From: an uncultured Gammaproteobacteria bacterium
Lineage (GTDB): Bacteria; Patescibacteriota; Patescibacteriia; Patescibacteriales; JAGXOH01
Direction of reading: 5' to 3'
DNA length: 64,000 nucleotides
NCBI GenBank assembly: GCA_964644045.1
Contig: CAZXUK010000001.1
Location: forward strand, 5,401 to 69,400
The notes under the pieces were generated by a model. It searched no databases. It was not told where the DNA came from and saw only the letters and a program-made list of their open reading frames with translations. Position numbers and translations under genes: made by a program. This document shows positions 1 through 6,955 of this stretch, piece by piece (within the stretch, counting starts at the first letter, position 1; each line of letters begins with the position of its first letter).

Positions 1-124
1 ATTTTTTATGTATTTCAACTTGCGAAGAAACCAGATTAGATAAAACCTTAACTTTATCGCCCCTACCCCCTACCACGGAAGCGGCGGTTTCATCACAGCT
101 GGTCTCAATTCCCAAAATTTTCAT
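1..124 (-). CDS. tsaD: tRNA N6-adenosine threonylcarbamoyltransferase TsaD (Kae1/Gcp family), N-terminal fragment; gene runs off the window start
   Basis: My translation of the reverse strand from the ATG at about 124 gives [41 protein letters not shown]. This is the canonical TsaD N-terminus ([11 protein letters not shown]). Confidence 0.75.
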   Translation of the reverse strand, partial: MKILGIETSCDETAASVVGGRGDKVKVLSNLVSSQVEIHKK

Positions 125-340
125 CTTGACTAATTTATAAATAATGTTTATACTATTTTTAGTATTAACATAAATATTTAAAAAAATCCATCCCGGCTAA
201 GGGATGATTTATTTTTAGCAAAGGAAAGGAATATTGGATTCTTCCATTAGGGGCGCACAAGCATTCCGGTAAGAACAATAAAATTCATTATTCAATTCCA
301 AATACTAAATTCATTATTCGTAATTCATAATTTCAATAAT

Positions 341-417
341 GGCCCGTTCGTCTAGTGGTTAGGACGCCAGGTTTTTCAGCCGGAGGCTGACCACCCTCTG
401 GGTGGCATCCTGATAAC
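341..417 (+). pseudogene. 5' part of a tRNA-Glu-like gene with a 30-nt insert in the anticodon loop, truncated in the variable region
   Basis: Acceptor GGCCCGT, D-arm GTCT-AGTGGTTA-GGAC, anticodon stem CCAGG. The loop TTTT[30 nt]CAT is followed by CCTG, then the sequence diverges after ATAAC. Confidence 0.6.
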
Positions 418-431
418 ATAAATATTATTTA

Positions 432-683
432 ATGTGGCACGTATACTTATTAAAAAGTAAGATTAATAACAAATATACTTATATAGGCTACACAGATAAT
501 TTAAAGAAAAGGCTCGGAGAACACAATCAAGGCAAAACAAAATCTATCAAACACAAAATTCCTTTCAAATTAGTATATATAGAAACATACTGCGATAAAG
601 CTATAGCCAGAAAGAGAGAGATAGAATTAAAAAACAACAGTTTTAAGAAAAAAGAATTGTTCGAAAGATTGAATATTATATAA
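432..683 (+). CDS. small GIY-YIG nuclease family protein (YhbQ/UPF0213-like)
   Basis: 83 aa. Motifs YVYLL...YIGYTDNLKKRLGEHNQG...KREIELK match the GIY-YIG pattern (GIY, YIG, R, E, N). Confidence 0.8.
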   Translation: MWHVYLLKSKINNKYTYIGYTDNLKKRLGEHNQGKTKSIKHKIPFKLVYIETYCDKAIARKREIELKNNSFKKKELFERLNII

Positions 684-686
684 TAT

Positions 687-758
687 GCCGCCATCGTCTA
701 GTGGTTAGGACGCCAGGTTTTCATCCTGGTAACCGGGGTTCGATTCCCCGTGGCGGTA
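687..758 (+). tRNA. tRNA-Glu(UUC)
   Basis: Hand-folded cloverleaf: GCCGCCA / GTCT-AGTGGTTA-GGAC / CCAGG-TTTTCAT-CCTGG / TAAC / CGGGG-TTCGATT-CCCCG / TGGCGGT-A. G1.U72 wobble; CCA not encoded. Confidence 0.85.
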
Positions 759-797
759 CTAATAAACATCTTCTTTAATTATCTTTTTGTCAGAAGA

Positions 798-873
798 CCA
801 GGTTTTTCAGCCAGAGGCTGACCACCCTCTGGGTGGCATCCTGGTAACCGGGGTTCGATTCCCCTACGGGTCA
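798..873 (+). pseudogene. 3' part of the split tRNA-Glu-like gene (anticodon stem with the same 30-nt insert, T-arm, acceptor 3' strand)
   Basis: CCAGG-TTTT[30 nt]CAT-CCTGG-TAAC-CGGGG-TTCGATT-CCCCT-ACGGGTC-A. ACGGGTC pairs with GGCCCGT at 341-347 (one G.U). The T-stem has one C.U mismatch. Confidence 0.6.
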
Positions 874-883
874 CAAATAAAAA

Positions 884-908
884 GGTGTCACGAAGTGGCA
901 TCTTTTTT
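884..908 (+). terminator. intrinsic terminator inside repeat unit 1
   Basis: GGTGTCAC-GAA-GTGGCATC hairpin (8 bp including wobbles) followed by TTTTTT. Confidence 0.55.
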
Positions 909-1069
909 ATTTGTGTCCTATGGGGATGAGAACCCCTGATAACCAAAGGTAATAGGCAAACAAAGAGATAAAAATACAAAAAAACTTTAGAGAGCAAAGT
1001 CTAAGCGGTGAGATTTTCATCCAGCCCTTCCCCAAGAAGGGCTGGGCCCCTACGGGTCACAAATAAAAA

Positions 1070-1094
1070 GGTGTCACGAAGTGGCATCTTTTTT
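1070..1094 (+). terminator. intrinsic terminator inside repeat unit 2 (copy of 884-908)
   Basis: Identical hairpin plus T-run, 186 bp downstream of the first copy. Confidence 0.55.
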
Positions 1095-1335
1095 ATTTAG
1101 CTCCTACGGGGATGAGAACCCCTGATAACCAAAGGTGGAAAGAGAAATTAATTTAAATAAATTTGAAAAAGGTTTTAAAATCCAACTAAGCGGTGAGATT
1201 TTCATCCAGCCCTTCCCCAAGAAGGGCTGGGCCCCTACGGGTCACAAACAAAAAAACTGGTCCTTAAAGAATCAGTTTTTTGTATGAACATACCATGGTA
1301 TGTTCAATGGTATGTTCAATGCTTATTTATAAAAA

Positions 1336-2409
1336 TTACTTTAGTTCTTTTTTAAACCAATCCACCCAAGGGATTTGAGAAGGATTTACATTATTCAGGA
1401 TACCCAAATAAAAAGACAACCAAGAGCCGAATTGTAAGACCCGAGCACACTGATTTAGGCGAGATCCTTTTTCTGTTTTATAATCCAAAACTTTAATTCC
1501 GTTTTTCTTTGCTACTTGTTTGGTTAGCTCGCTTCTTTTTTGCACCCGAGGATGATATTTGTCCGAGTCCAAAAATAAAAACACTAAATTCTTCTTGTTG
1601 GCTACGGGATGAGAAAGACTTTCCAATAAATAATGGTTAAGCTCGGGCAAACTTAGGTAATCGGCAAAATTTTTGGAATTCTCGCAAAACTGATTACGCA
1701 GAGTGTGAAGATTGCCTTCTAAAAATTCCGCTCCCACTAAAATAGGGATTTTGCCTTTCAACTCTTGAGCTATTTTTTTAGCCGGATTTTTTTGGCTCTC
1801 GCTCTCAGGACGAAAAATAAAATTATCATCCCGCAACTTTTTGATTATAGACTCCGCTTCTTTTTCATCTAAATTCAGCAGTCCCGCTTTTTCCAAGAGA
1901 ATTAAGAGTCCGAAAATGGAATAGCCCAAACCGATCCTGGGCTGTTCTGAGGGATTATGCAGAGGTTTAAAAATAAATCCGGGAATATTGTCTTTGATCA
2001 TTAATTTCTCCAACTTATTTTTTTCGTGACTGGAAGTAATGCCCATGATCTTGGCTCCGCTTTTTTTTACTTTTTCATAAACACTTAAAGGCTCCTCGGT
2101 ATTACCGGAATAAGAAGAGATAATATACAAGGTCTTCCGGTCTACATAACCGGGCACTTCATATCCCGGAACTATATCCAGGGGAGCTTTAAGCTTATCA
2201 GCCAAACAAGCTTTAATGATCCTCCCTCCCAAATTAGACCCCCCCATGCCGTTCAAAACGATTTTTCTAACTTGGGTGTGTCCTTCGGGAATTCGGACTA
2301 AAGGCGCATCTTCTCTGACTTGTCTGATCTGCTCCGGCAGTAAACCGATTGATTCAGCCACCAGACCCGGATCCATTTTATAAATTTTTTTAGTATTGTC
2401 TAAATTCAT
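1336..2409 (-). CDS. bifunctional phosphoglucose/phosphomannose isomerase family protein (SIS domain)
   Basis: GMGGSNLGGRII and ISSYSGNTEE SIS motifs. The ORF is open to 2469, but the ATG at 2409 (MNLDNTKK) sits directly after a 5' leader motif shared with rdgB. Confidence 0.7.
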   Translation of the reverse strand: MNLDNTKKIYKMDPGLVAESIGLLPEQIRQVREDAPLVRIPEGHTQVRKIVLNGMGGSNLGGRIIKACLADKLKAPLDIVPGYEVPGYVDRKTLYIISSYSGNTEEPLSVYEKVKKSGAKIMGITSSHEKNKLEKLMIKDNIPGFIFKPLHNPSEQPRIGLGYSIFGLLILLEKAGLLNLDEKEAESIIKKLRDDNFIFRPESESQKNPAKKIAQELKGKIPILVGAEFLEGNLHTLRNQFCENSKNFADYLSLPELNHYLLESLSHPVANKKNLVFLFLDSDKYHPRVQKRSELTKQVAKKNGIKVLDYKTEKGSRLNQCARVLQFGSWLSFYLGILNNVNPSQIPWVDWFKKELK

Positions 2410-2572
2410 AGGTTTAATTACAAATTCACAAATCTTGTCACACCTGTCCACCTTGGGCGGAAATATCACAAATTTGTTTTTACATTTTATAATATTAGTT
2501 TAGCAAAAGGTAATTATAATTTCAATTGATCTCTGACTTTGCTTTAAAAAGAAAAAGTGCTAAAATAATAAT

Positions 2573-2812
2573 ATGAAAGATTTAATAAAAACAACTAACA
2601 AAAAAATCAACGGCCTGATTTTAACCCTGTCCGCCACCGGACTGTTTTTGGTTATTCTGGCAATTCTGATTATTGTTACCCAATTCCTCCTGCGCTGGCT
2701 GGTAGGAATAGTTATTCTGGCCATTGCTTTCAGTTTTTTTTATTCCGCCTACCGCATCTGCAGTTTAAAAAAGGAGGCTAAGGAATTCTTGAAAAAATGG
2801 GGTATAAAATAA
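2573..2812 (+). CDS. small hypothetical membrane protein (2 predicted TM helices)
   Basis: 79-aa ORF with two hydrophobic stretches. No recognisable family. Confidence 0.4.
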   Translation: MKDLIKTTNKKINGLILTLSATGLFLVILAILIIVTQFLLRWLVGIVILAIAFSFFYSAYRICSLKKEAKEFLKKWGIK

Positions 2813-2941
2813 ACTCTTTAAAAAGCAGAATATCATTTATATTTTTAACAGCGAACAAGATTCTATAGCTGTTTAAAAAAATAATCTGGTGATTTTTATT
2901 TAAATTTAGAGCATAATCAATGTACAAGTCCATGAACATAA

Positions 2942-2970
2942 TTGACACTTATTAAAGTTTTCTGTACTAT
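2942..2970 (+). promoter_or_regulatory. sigma-70-type promoter for the glyQS leader
   Basis: TTGACA, 17-nt spacer, TACTAT. Confidence 0.5.
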
Positions 2971-2974
2971 TTTA

Positions 2975-3190
2975 ATAAAGGGAGATTGGCACCCTTTAGG
3001 ACAATTAAATAATTAAGGTGGTTTCGCCAAAGGTATGGGCTGATATTGTTTAATCTTTAGGATTAACCGGGCAAGCCCGCCTTCTCCGCCAATCAGCGGA
3101 TTCGGCGAGACAAAGCTAGATGGAACCGCGGGGAAAATCTCGTTCTAGCAATCTAAAAAATTTTGGATTGCGGGAACGGGATTTTTTTAA
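2975..3190 (+). promoter_or_regulatory. T-box leader (glycine-type) with terminator, upstream of glyQS
   Basis: AGATGGAACCGCGG resembles the T-box core (GGGTGGTACCGCG). Its UGGA fits the UCCA end of tRNA-Gly. An imperfect hairpin ATCTCGTTCTAGCAATC...GGATTGCGGGAACGGGAT plus a T-run follows. Confidence 0.55.
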
Positions 3191-3372
3191 ATTTAAAAAC
3201 TTTTTTTAAAAAATGAATTACCAACCTTTGGCCTGATTAGCGCGACTTAAGGGAACAATCACCCTCAGGATCAACCCCGCAAGGTAATAAACCGTAAATC
3301 AAATTAAACTAACAAACCCCGTCCATCTCCTCTCCTTGATAAGTGGAGGATCAAGAAGGGGTTCTCCTAAAT

Positions 3373-4752
3373 ATGTCTAAACAAAACGAAAACTCTAATA
3401 AAATGGAAAAGATTATTTCCCTTTGCAAAAGACGGGGCTTTCTTTTTCCTGCTTCGGAGATCTACGGCGGTCTGGCTAACTCCTATAGTTACGGACCTTA
3501 CGGAGTGGAATTAAAGAACAATCTTAAACAACTCTGGTGGAAAAAATTCGTTAGCGAGAGAAGTGACGTCGTGGGTATAGACGGCCCCATTCTGCTTCAC
3601 CCCAAAATGTGGGAAGCTTCCGGTCACACCACCGGCTTTAATGACGCTTTAGTGGATTGTAAAAAATGCAAGAAAAGATTTCGGGCCGATCATTTGGTGG
3701 AAGAGGTAACCGGAGAAGACTTGGAAGGGGAAAATAAAAAAATGGAAAAGGCTATTAAGGAAAATAAAATCAAATGCCCGGAGTGCGGCGATTTTGATTG
3801 GAGCGAGGTTAAAAAATTCAATCTTATGTTTCAAACCGAGATGAACGGAATTGAAGAACCGATTTACTTCAGACCGGAGACAGCCGGAGCTATTTTTATT
3901 GAATTTAAAAATATATTGGATTCCATGAGGGTAAAATTGCCTTTTGGAGTCGCTCAAATCGGCAAGGCCTTCCGCAACGAAATCGTAGCCGGAAATTTTA
4001 TCTTTCGCCTAAGAGAATTTGAACAAATGGAAATTGAATATTTTATTCATCCGAAGACTAAATGGGAACCGATTTTTAAAAATTGGCTTGAACTTATGGA
4101 AGAATTTGTCCAGGAAGCGGGGGTAGAAAAAAAAGATTTAAAACGCAACGAACATCCACCGGAAAAACTCTCTCACTATTCCCGAAAAACCGTGGATATA
4201 GAGTATAAATTCCCTTTTGGATTTAAAGAGCTTTATGGTCTTGCTCACCGCGGTGATTTTGATTTAAGTCAACACTCCAAATATTCCCGGGAGAACCTGG
4301 AATATTATGACCCGGAAACCAAGGAAAAAGTGGTTCCCCATGTACTTGAACCTTCTTTTGGTTTGGATAGAACCATTCTGGCAACCCTACTGGCCGCCTA
4401 TAAAGAAGAAAAAGTGGAAAAAGAAACCAGGATAGTAATGAAATTTCCCAAAAAAATCGCGCCTATTAAAATCGCGATCTTCCCGCTTCTGAAAAACAAA
4501 CCCGAATTGGTTAAAAAATCTCAAGAGATTTTTGAGAATCTAAAATATAACTACACTTGCGAATACGACGAAGTAGGCAGTATTGGCAAAAGATACCGCC
4601 GCCAAGATGAGGTGGGGACACCTTATTGTATAACCGTGGATTTTGATACCCTGGAAAAAGATAATACCGTAACTGTCCGCGACCGAGACAGCATGAAACA
4701 AGTTAGGATAAAAATTGAAGAACTGGAAAACTATTTTGCCGAAAAACTATAA
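3373..4752 (+). CDS. glyQS: glycine--tRNA ligase (class II, dimeric GlyRS)
   Basis: KRRGFLFPASEIYGGL, FRNEI and the C-terminal anticodon-binding region are typical. The start is uncertain: GTG 3343, ATG 3373 or ATG 3403. Confidence 0.9.
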   Translation: MSKQNENSNKMEKIISLCKRRGFLFPASEIYGGLANSYSYGPYGVELKNNLKQLWWKKFVSERSDVVGIDGPILLHPKMWEASGHTTGFNDALVDCKKCKKRFRADHLVEEVTGEDLEGENKKMEKAIKENKIKCPECGDFDWSEVKKFNLMFQTEMNGIEEPIYFRPETAGAIFIEFKNILDSMRVKLPFGVAQIGKAFRNEIVAGNFIFRLREFEQMEIEYFIHPKTKWEPIFKNWLELMEEFVQEAGVEKKDLKRNEHPPEKLSHYSRKTVDIEYKFPFGFKELYGLAHRGDFDLSQHSKYSRENLEYYDPETKEKVVPHVLEPSFGLDRTILATLLAAYKEEKVEKETRIVMKFPKKIAPIKIAIFPLLKNKPELVKKSQEIFENLKYNYTCEYDEVGSIGKRYRRQDEVGTPYCITVDFDTLEKDNTVTVRDRDSMKQVRIKIEELENYFAEKL

Positions 4753-4761
4753 AACAAATTT

Positions 4762-4796
4762 AAAAGGCCGTTTCTTTTTTAGAAACGGCCTTTTTT
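4762..4796. terminator. bidirectional intrinsic terminator between convergent glyQS and 4836-5471
   Basis: AAAAGGCCGTTTCT-loop-AGAAACGGCCTTTT, flanked by A/T runs. Confidence 0.7.
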
Positions 4797-4835
4797 GGAA
4801 AAATATCCTAAGTCAAGCTATGAAAAAAATCTGGC

Positions 4836-5471
4836 TTAATTTTGAAACATAGGACAATTACCACAACCCAAGCTTTTGTCTTTCATTGCCTTGCCTTTTC
4901 TTTCTTTGCTCATACCCAAGCTATCTTTAATTTTGCTCGCTTTCTCAAAATTACCTTCCTGTCTCAAATTATGAACTTCTACCAACTTTTCAAAATCTTC
5001 TTGAGATAAACCCTGAACAAACGGGCGGTCTGATTTTAAATTTTTCCAAGATTCATAATCACCGGTTTCCAGGGCCTGCCACATTTTTTCTCTGGTTTCC
5101 GAATCCACACCTTTACCGTTTTTATAGAGTCCTCCTCTTTGAAAACCTTGATTAAGCCCCAGCTCTTCCCGGATTTCGCGAGCGCCTTCCAGGTCGCCTT
5201 GCTCGACCAGCTTATGCGCCTGAGCGAATTTGGCAAAATTTTCCTCTGTAACCACCTCGGCAACTCTACCTCGGTCTCCCATTAACTCTTCCCAGGCCCG
5301 GTAATTACCCTCCTCCAAAGAGGTTTCCATGGCTTTATGTCTTTCCGGGGAATAATTCGGCCCCTGAACTTCGGGATTCCCTTGGTAGGCATAACTGGCT
5401 CCGGCGATTCCGACTACGGCGATTAAAGCCACTAAGGCAGCCGCGCCGGTAATCATTTTTGAATTTGTCAT
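4836..5471 (-). CDS. secreted or membrane-anchored protein with two internal repeats and a C-terminal CxxC
   Basis: N-terminal hydrophobic anchor. Two copies of a ~70-aa module (E.G.Y..W..L...R...V..E.F.K......L...G..E.A..I...LG). The protein ends in GCGNCP. Confidence 0.5.
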   Translation of the reverse strand: MTNSKMITGAAALVALIAVVGIAGASYAYQGNPEVQGPNYSPERHKAMETSLEEGNYRAWEELMGDRGRVAEVVTEENFAKFAQAHKLVEQGDLEGAREIREELGLNQGFQRGGLYKNGKGVDSETREKMWQALETGDYESWKNLKSDRPFVQGLSQEDFEKLVEVHNLRQEGNFEKASKIKDSLGMSKERKGKAMKDKSLGCGNCPMFQN

Positions 5472-5574
5472 ATTTTTATAATTAGTTATTAATCTATTTA
5501 CCCGGGATATTTTAGGCCTTCTAATCTTTATTACGCCGGACAGTCTTAATTTCTTTCACGGCCAAAAATTTTTT

Positions 5575-6318
5575 CTATCGAAAAGACTTAAAACTCCCGG
5601 AACGATGCTCGGATTTAAAAGCAGGGGCGGTTTTAAAAAGTTTAATGTCCCTGGCCTGAAAACAATCCTTGCCTGTTTTTCCTATTATTTTAACCGAATT
5701 ATTAAAACCTTCTTGAATATGCGGGCATTGGGAAAGTTGGGGACATTCCACACACCAATTTTTATTATTAAAATCAAGTAAATAAAATTTTTGCGGGCTT
5801 TCCACTTCCAAAACCCTGCCGGCTAAAAGTCCTTTTTGGGGACGATTCCACATTTTACATCTGCGCTCCAAGGTTTCTTTGTAAAAAGGGATTTTCCGGC
5901 TAAAAACATTATTTATAGGCTCGCTTAAGCCCGCCGCATACAAGCCACCGCCCAGAAAAACACTGATCAATAAACTTAAAACCAAAATTTTTCCCAGACT
6001 CAATAAATATCCTTTTTTGGTATGTTTTAAATTGTAATAAGCCGAAACAATAAAAAAAGCCAAAATTATCAGCCAAAAATAGGGAAGAGTGGCCAAAAGA
6101 AAGCCTGAGAAATTCCCGGAAACATACTGATATAAATCCCAATCATTATTAACCACCATATGAAAGATTACCGAAACCGCCAGACCTCCGATAATCAAAG
6201 AAATTCCGAACAAAGTCCAAACGGTATAATCCTTAAGCAAAAACTCCCATCTGGGCCTGGGCTTGAGATGATCCTCTTTAATTTTCCGAAAAATTTTTTC
6301 ACTGATTTTTTTGGTCAT
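5575..6318 (-). CDS. multi-pass membrane protein, candidate anti-sigma factor
   Basis: Lies immediately downstream of the ECF sigma gene (gap of a few nt). It has 4 hydrophobic helices and a Cys-rich C-terminal domain. Confidence 0.4.
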   Translation of the reverse strand: MTKKISEKIFRKIKEDHLKPRPRWEFLLKDYTVWTLFGISLIIGGLAVSVIFHMVVNNDWDLYQYVSGNFSGFLLATLPYFWLIILAFFIVSAYYNLKHTKKGYLLSLGKILVLSLLISVFLGGGLYAAGLSEPINNVFSRKIPFYKETLERRCKMWNRPQKGLLAGRVLEVESPQKFYLLDFNNKNWCVECPQLSQCPHIQEGFNNSVKIIGKTGKDCFQARDIKLFKTAPAFKSEHRSGSFKSFR

Positions 6319-6322
6319 ATTT

Positions 6323-6910
6323 TTAAAATTTCATTTTCATATCCCGGGCTTGTTCCCAAAAATTATTTCTTCCTCTTTTTAGTAGAGTGGCGACAGTTCC
6401 CAAGGGCTTTTTTAAAATATCCGCTATTTCCTTATAATCCTTCCCTTCTAAATATTTCAAAACCAAAACTTCCCGGTATTTATTATCTAATCGCTTTAAA
6501 ACCTTATCAATATTTTCTTTAAGAAATTTATAGTCCAATTCCCCGGCCAAATCCAATTCAGACTTCAATCTGTTTAAAAGTTTTTCATTTTCTTCCGCTC
6601 CCAATCCGTTGTAATAAACTTTATTTTTACGAAAATGACTGAAGGTTTCATTTCTCGTAATTCGGTAAATCCAAGCGGAAAAACTCAAACTCTTGTCAAA
6701 AGAGGCCAAGTTGCGGAAAACTTTTATAAAAACTTCCTGCAAAACATCCTCGGCTTCATCCCGATTAATGTGGGAAATCTTGGTAATAAAATTCAACAAG
6801 CGATTTTCATACCTTTCCATTAAATAAAAGAAGTAGTCCTCGTTCTTCAGGCTTAAACGAACCAAACTACTGTCATCCCGTTCACGGCATTTTTGAGGAG
6901 TTTTCTCCAT
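6323..6910 (-). CDS. RNA polymerase sigma-70 family, ECF-type sigma factor
   Basis: Region 2 (DAEDVLQEVFIKVF...WIYRITRN) and region 4 (EVLVLKYLEGKDYKEIADILKKPLGTV) are recognisable. Confidence 0.85.
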   Translation of the reverse strand: MEKTPQKCRERDDSSLVRLSLKNEDYFFYLMERYENRLLNFITKISHINRDEAEDVLQEVFIKVFRNLASFDKSLSFSAWIYRITRNETFSHFRKNKVYYNGLGAEENEKLLNRLKSELDLAGELDYKFLKENIDKVLKRLDNKYREVLVLKYLEGKDYKEIADILKKPLGTVATLLKRGRNNFWEQARDMKMKF

Positions 6911-6955
6911 ATCTTTTTTATACGAAAAAAATAATCAAAAACTTTCAATCTAAGC

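Larger units (their letters stand above)
418..797 (+). mobile_element. about 380-bp insert carrying a GIY-YIG nuclease ORF and an intact tRNA-Glu, bounded by a duplicated ~51-nt tRNA segment
   Basis: 367-417 and 798-848 are the same sequence with 2 substitutions. Everything between them is unrelated to the interrupted tRNA. Confidence 0.5.
861..1250. repeat. tandem repeat, period about 186 bp (units 861-1046 and 1047-1231, plus a partial third)
   Basis: Direct comparison shows CCCCTACGGGTCACAAA three times (about 861, 1047, 1232). The terminator module and GGGGATGAGAACCCCTGATAACCAAAGGT occur twice. CTAAGCGGTGAGATTTTCATCCAGCCCTTCCCCAAGAAGGGCTGGG also occurs twice. A central block of about 50 bp differs between units. 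Confidence 0.85.

Noticed and set aside
160-235. Hairpin AAATCCATCCC...GGGATGATTT with flanking A/T runs as a small RNA gene
   Set aside because: It is most simply a bidirectional terminator or insulator between tsaD and the tRNA locus. There is nothing else to support an sRNA.
779-997. 72-aa ORF on the reverse strand across the tRNA fragment and repeat unit
   Set aside because: It reads through the tRNA 3' fragment and the terminator hairpin (…RRGIEPRLPGCHPEGGQPLAEKPG is antisense tRNA). There is no RBS.
861-1250. CRISPR array (conserved-variable-conserved layout)
   Set aside because: The conserved parts are about 135 bp and contain tRNA-derived sequence and terminators. There are only two full units and no cas genes. 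This is not a CRISPR geometry.
5036-6522. ORFs 5036-5263(-), 5909-6142(-), 6160-6522(+) and 6635-6823(+)
   Set aside because: They overlap the secreted-protein, membrane-protein and ECF sigma genes in other frames or strands, and have no motifs.
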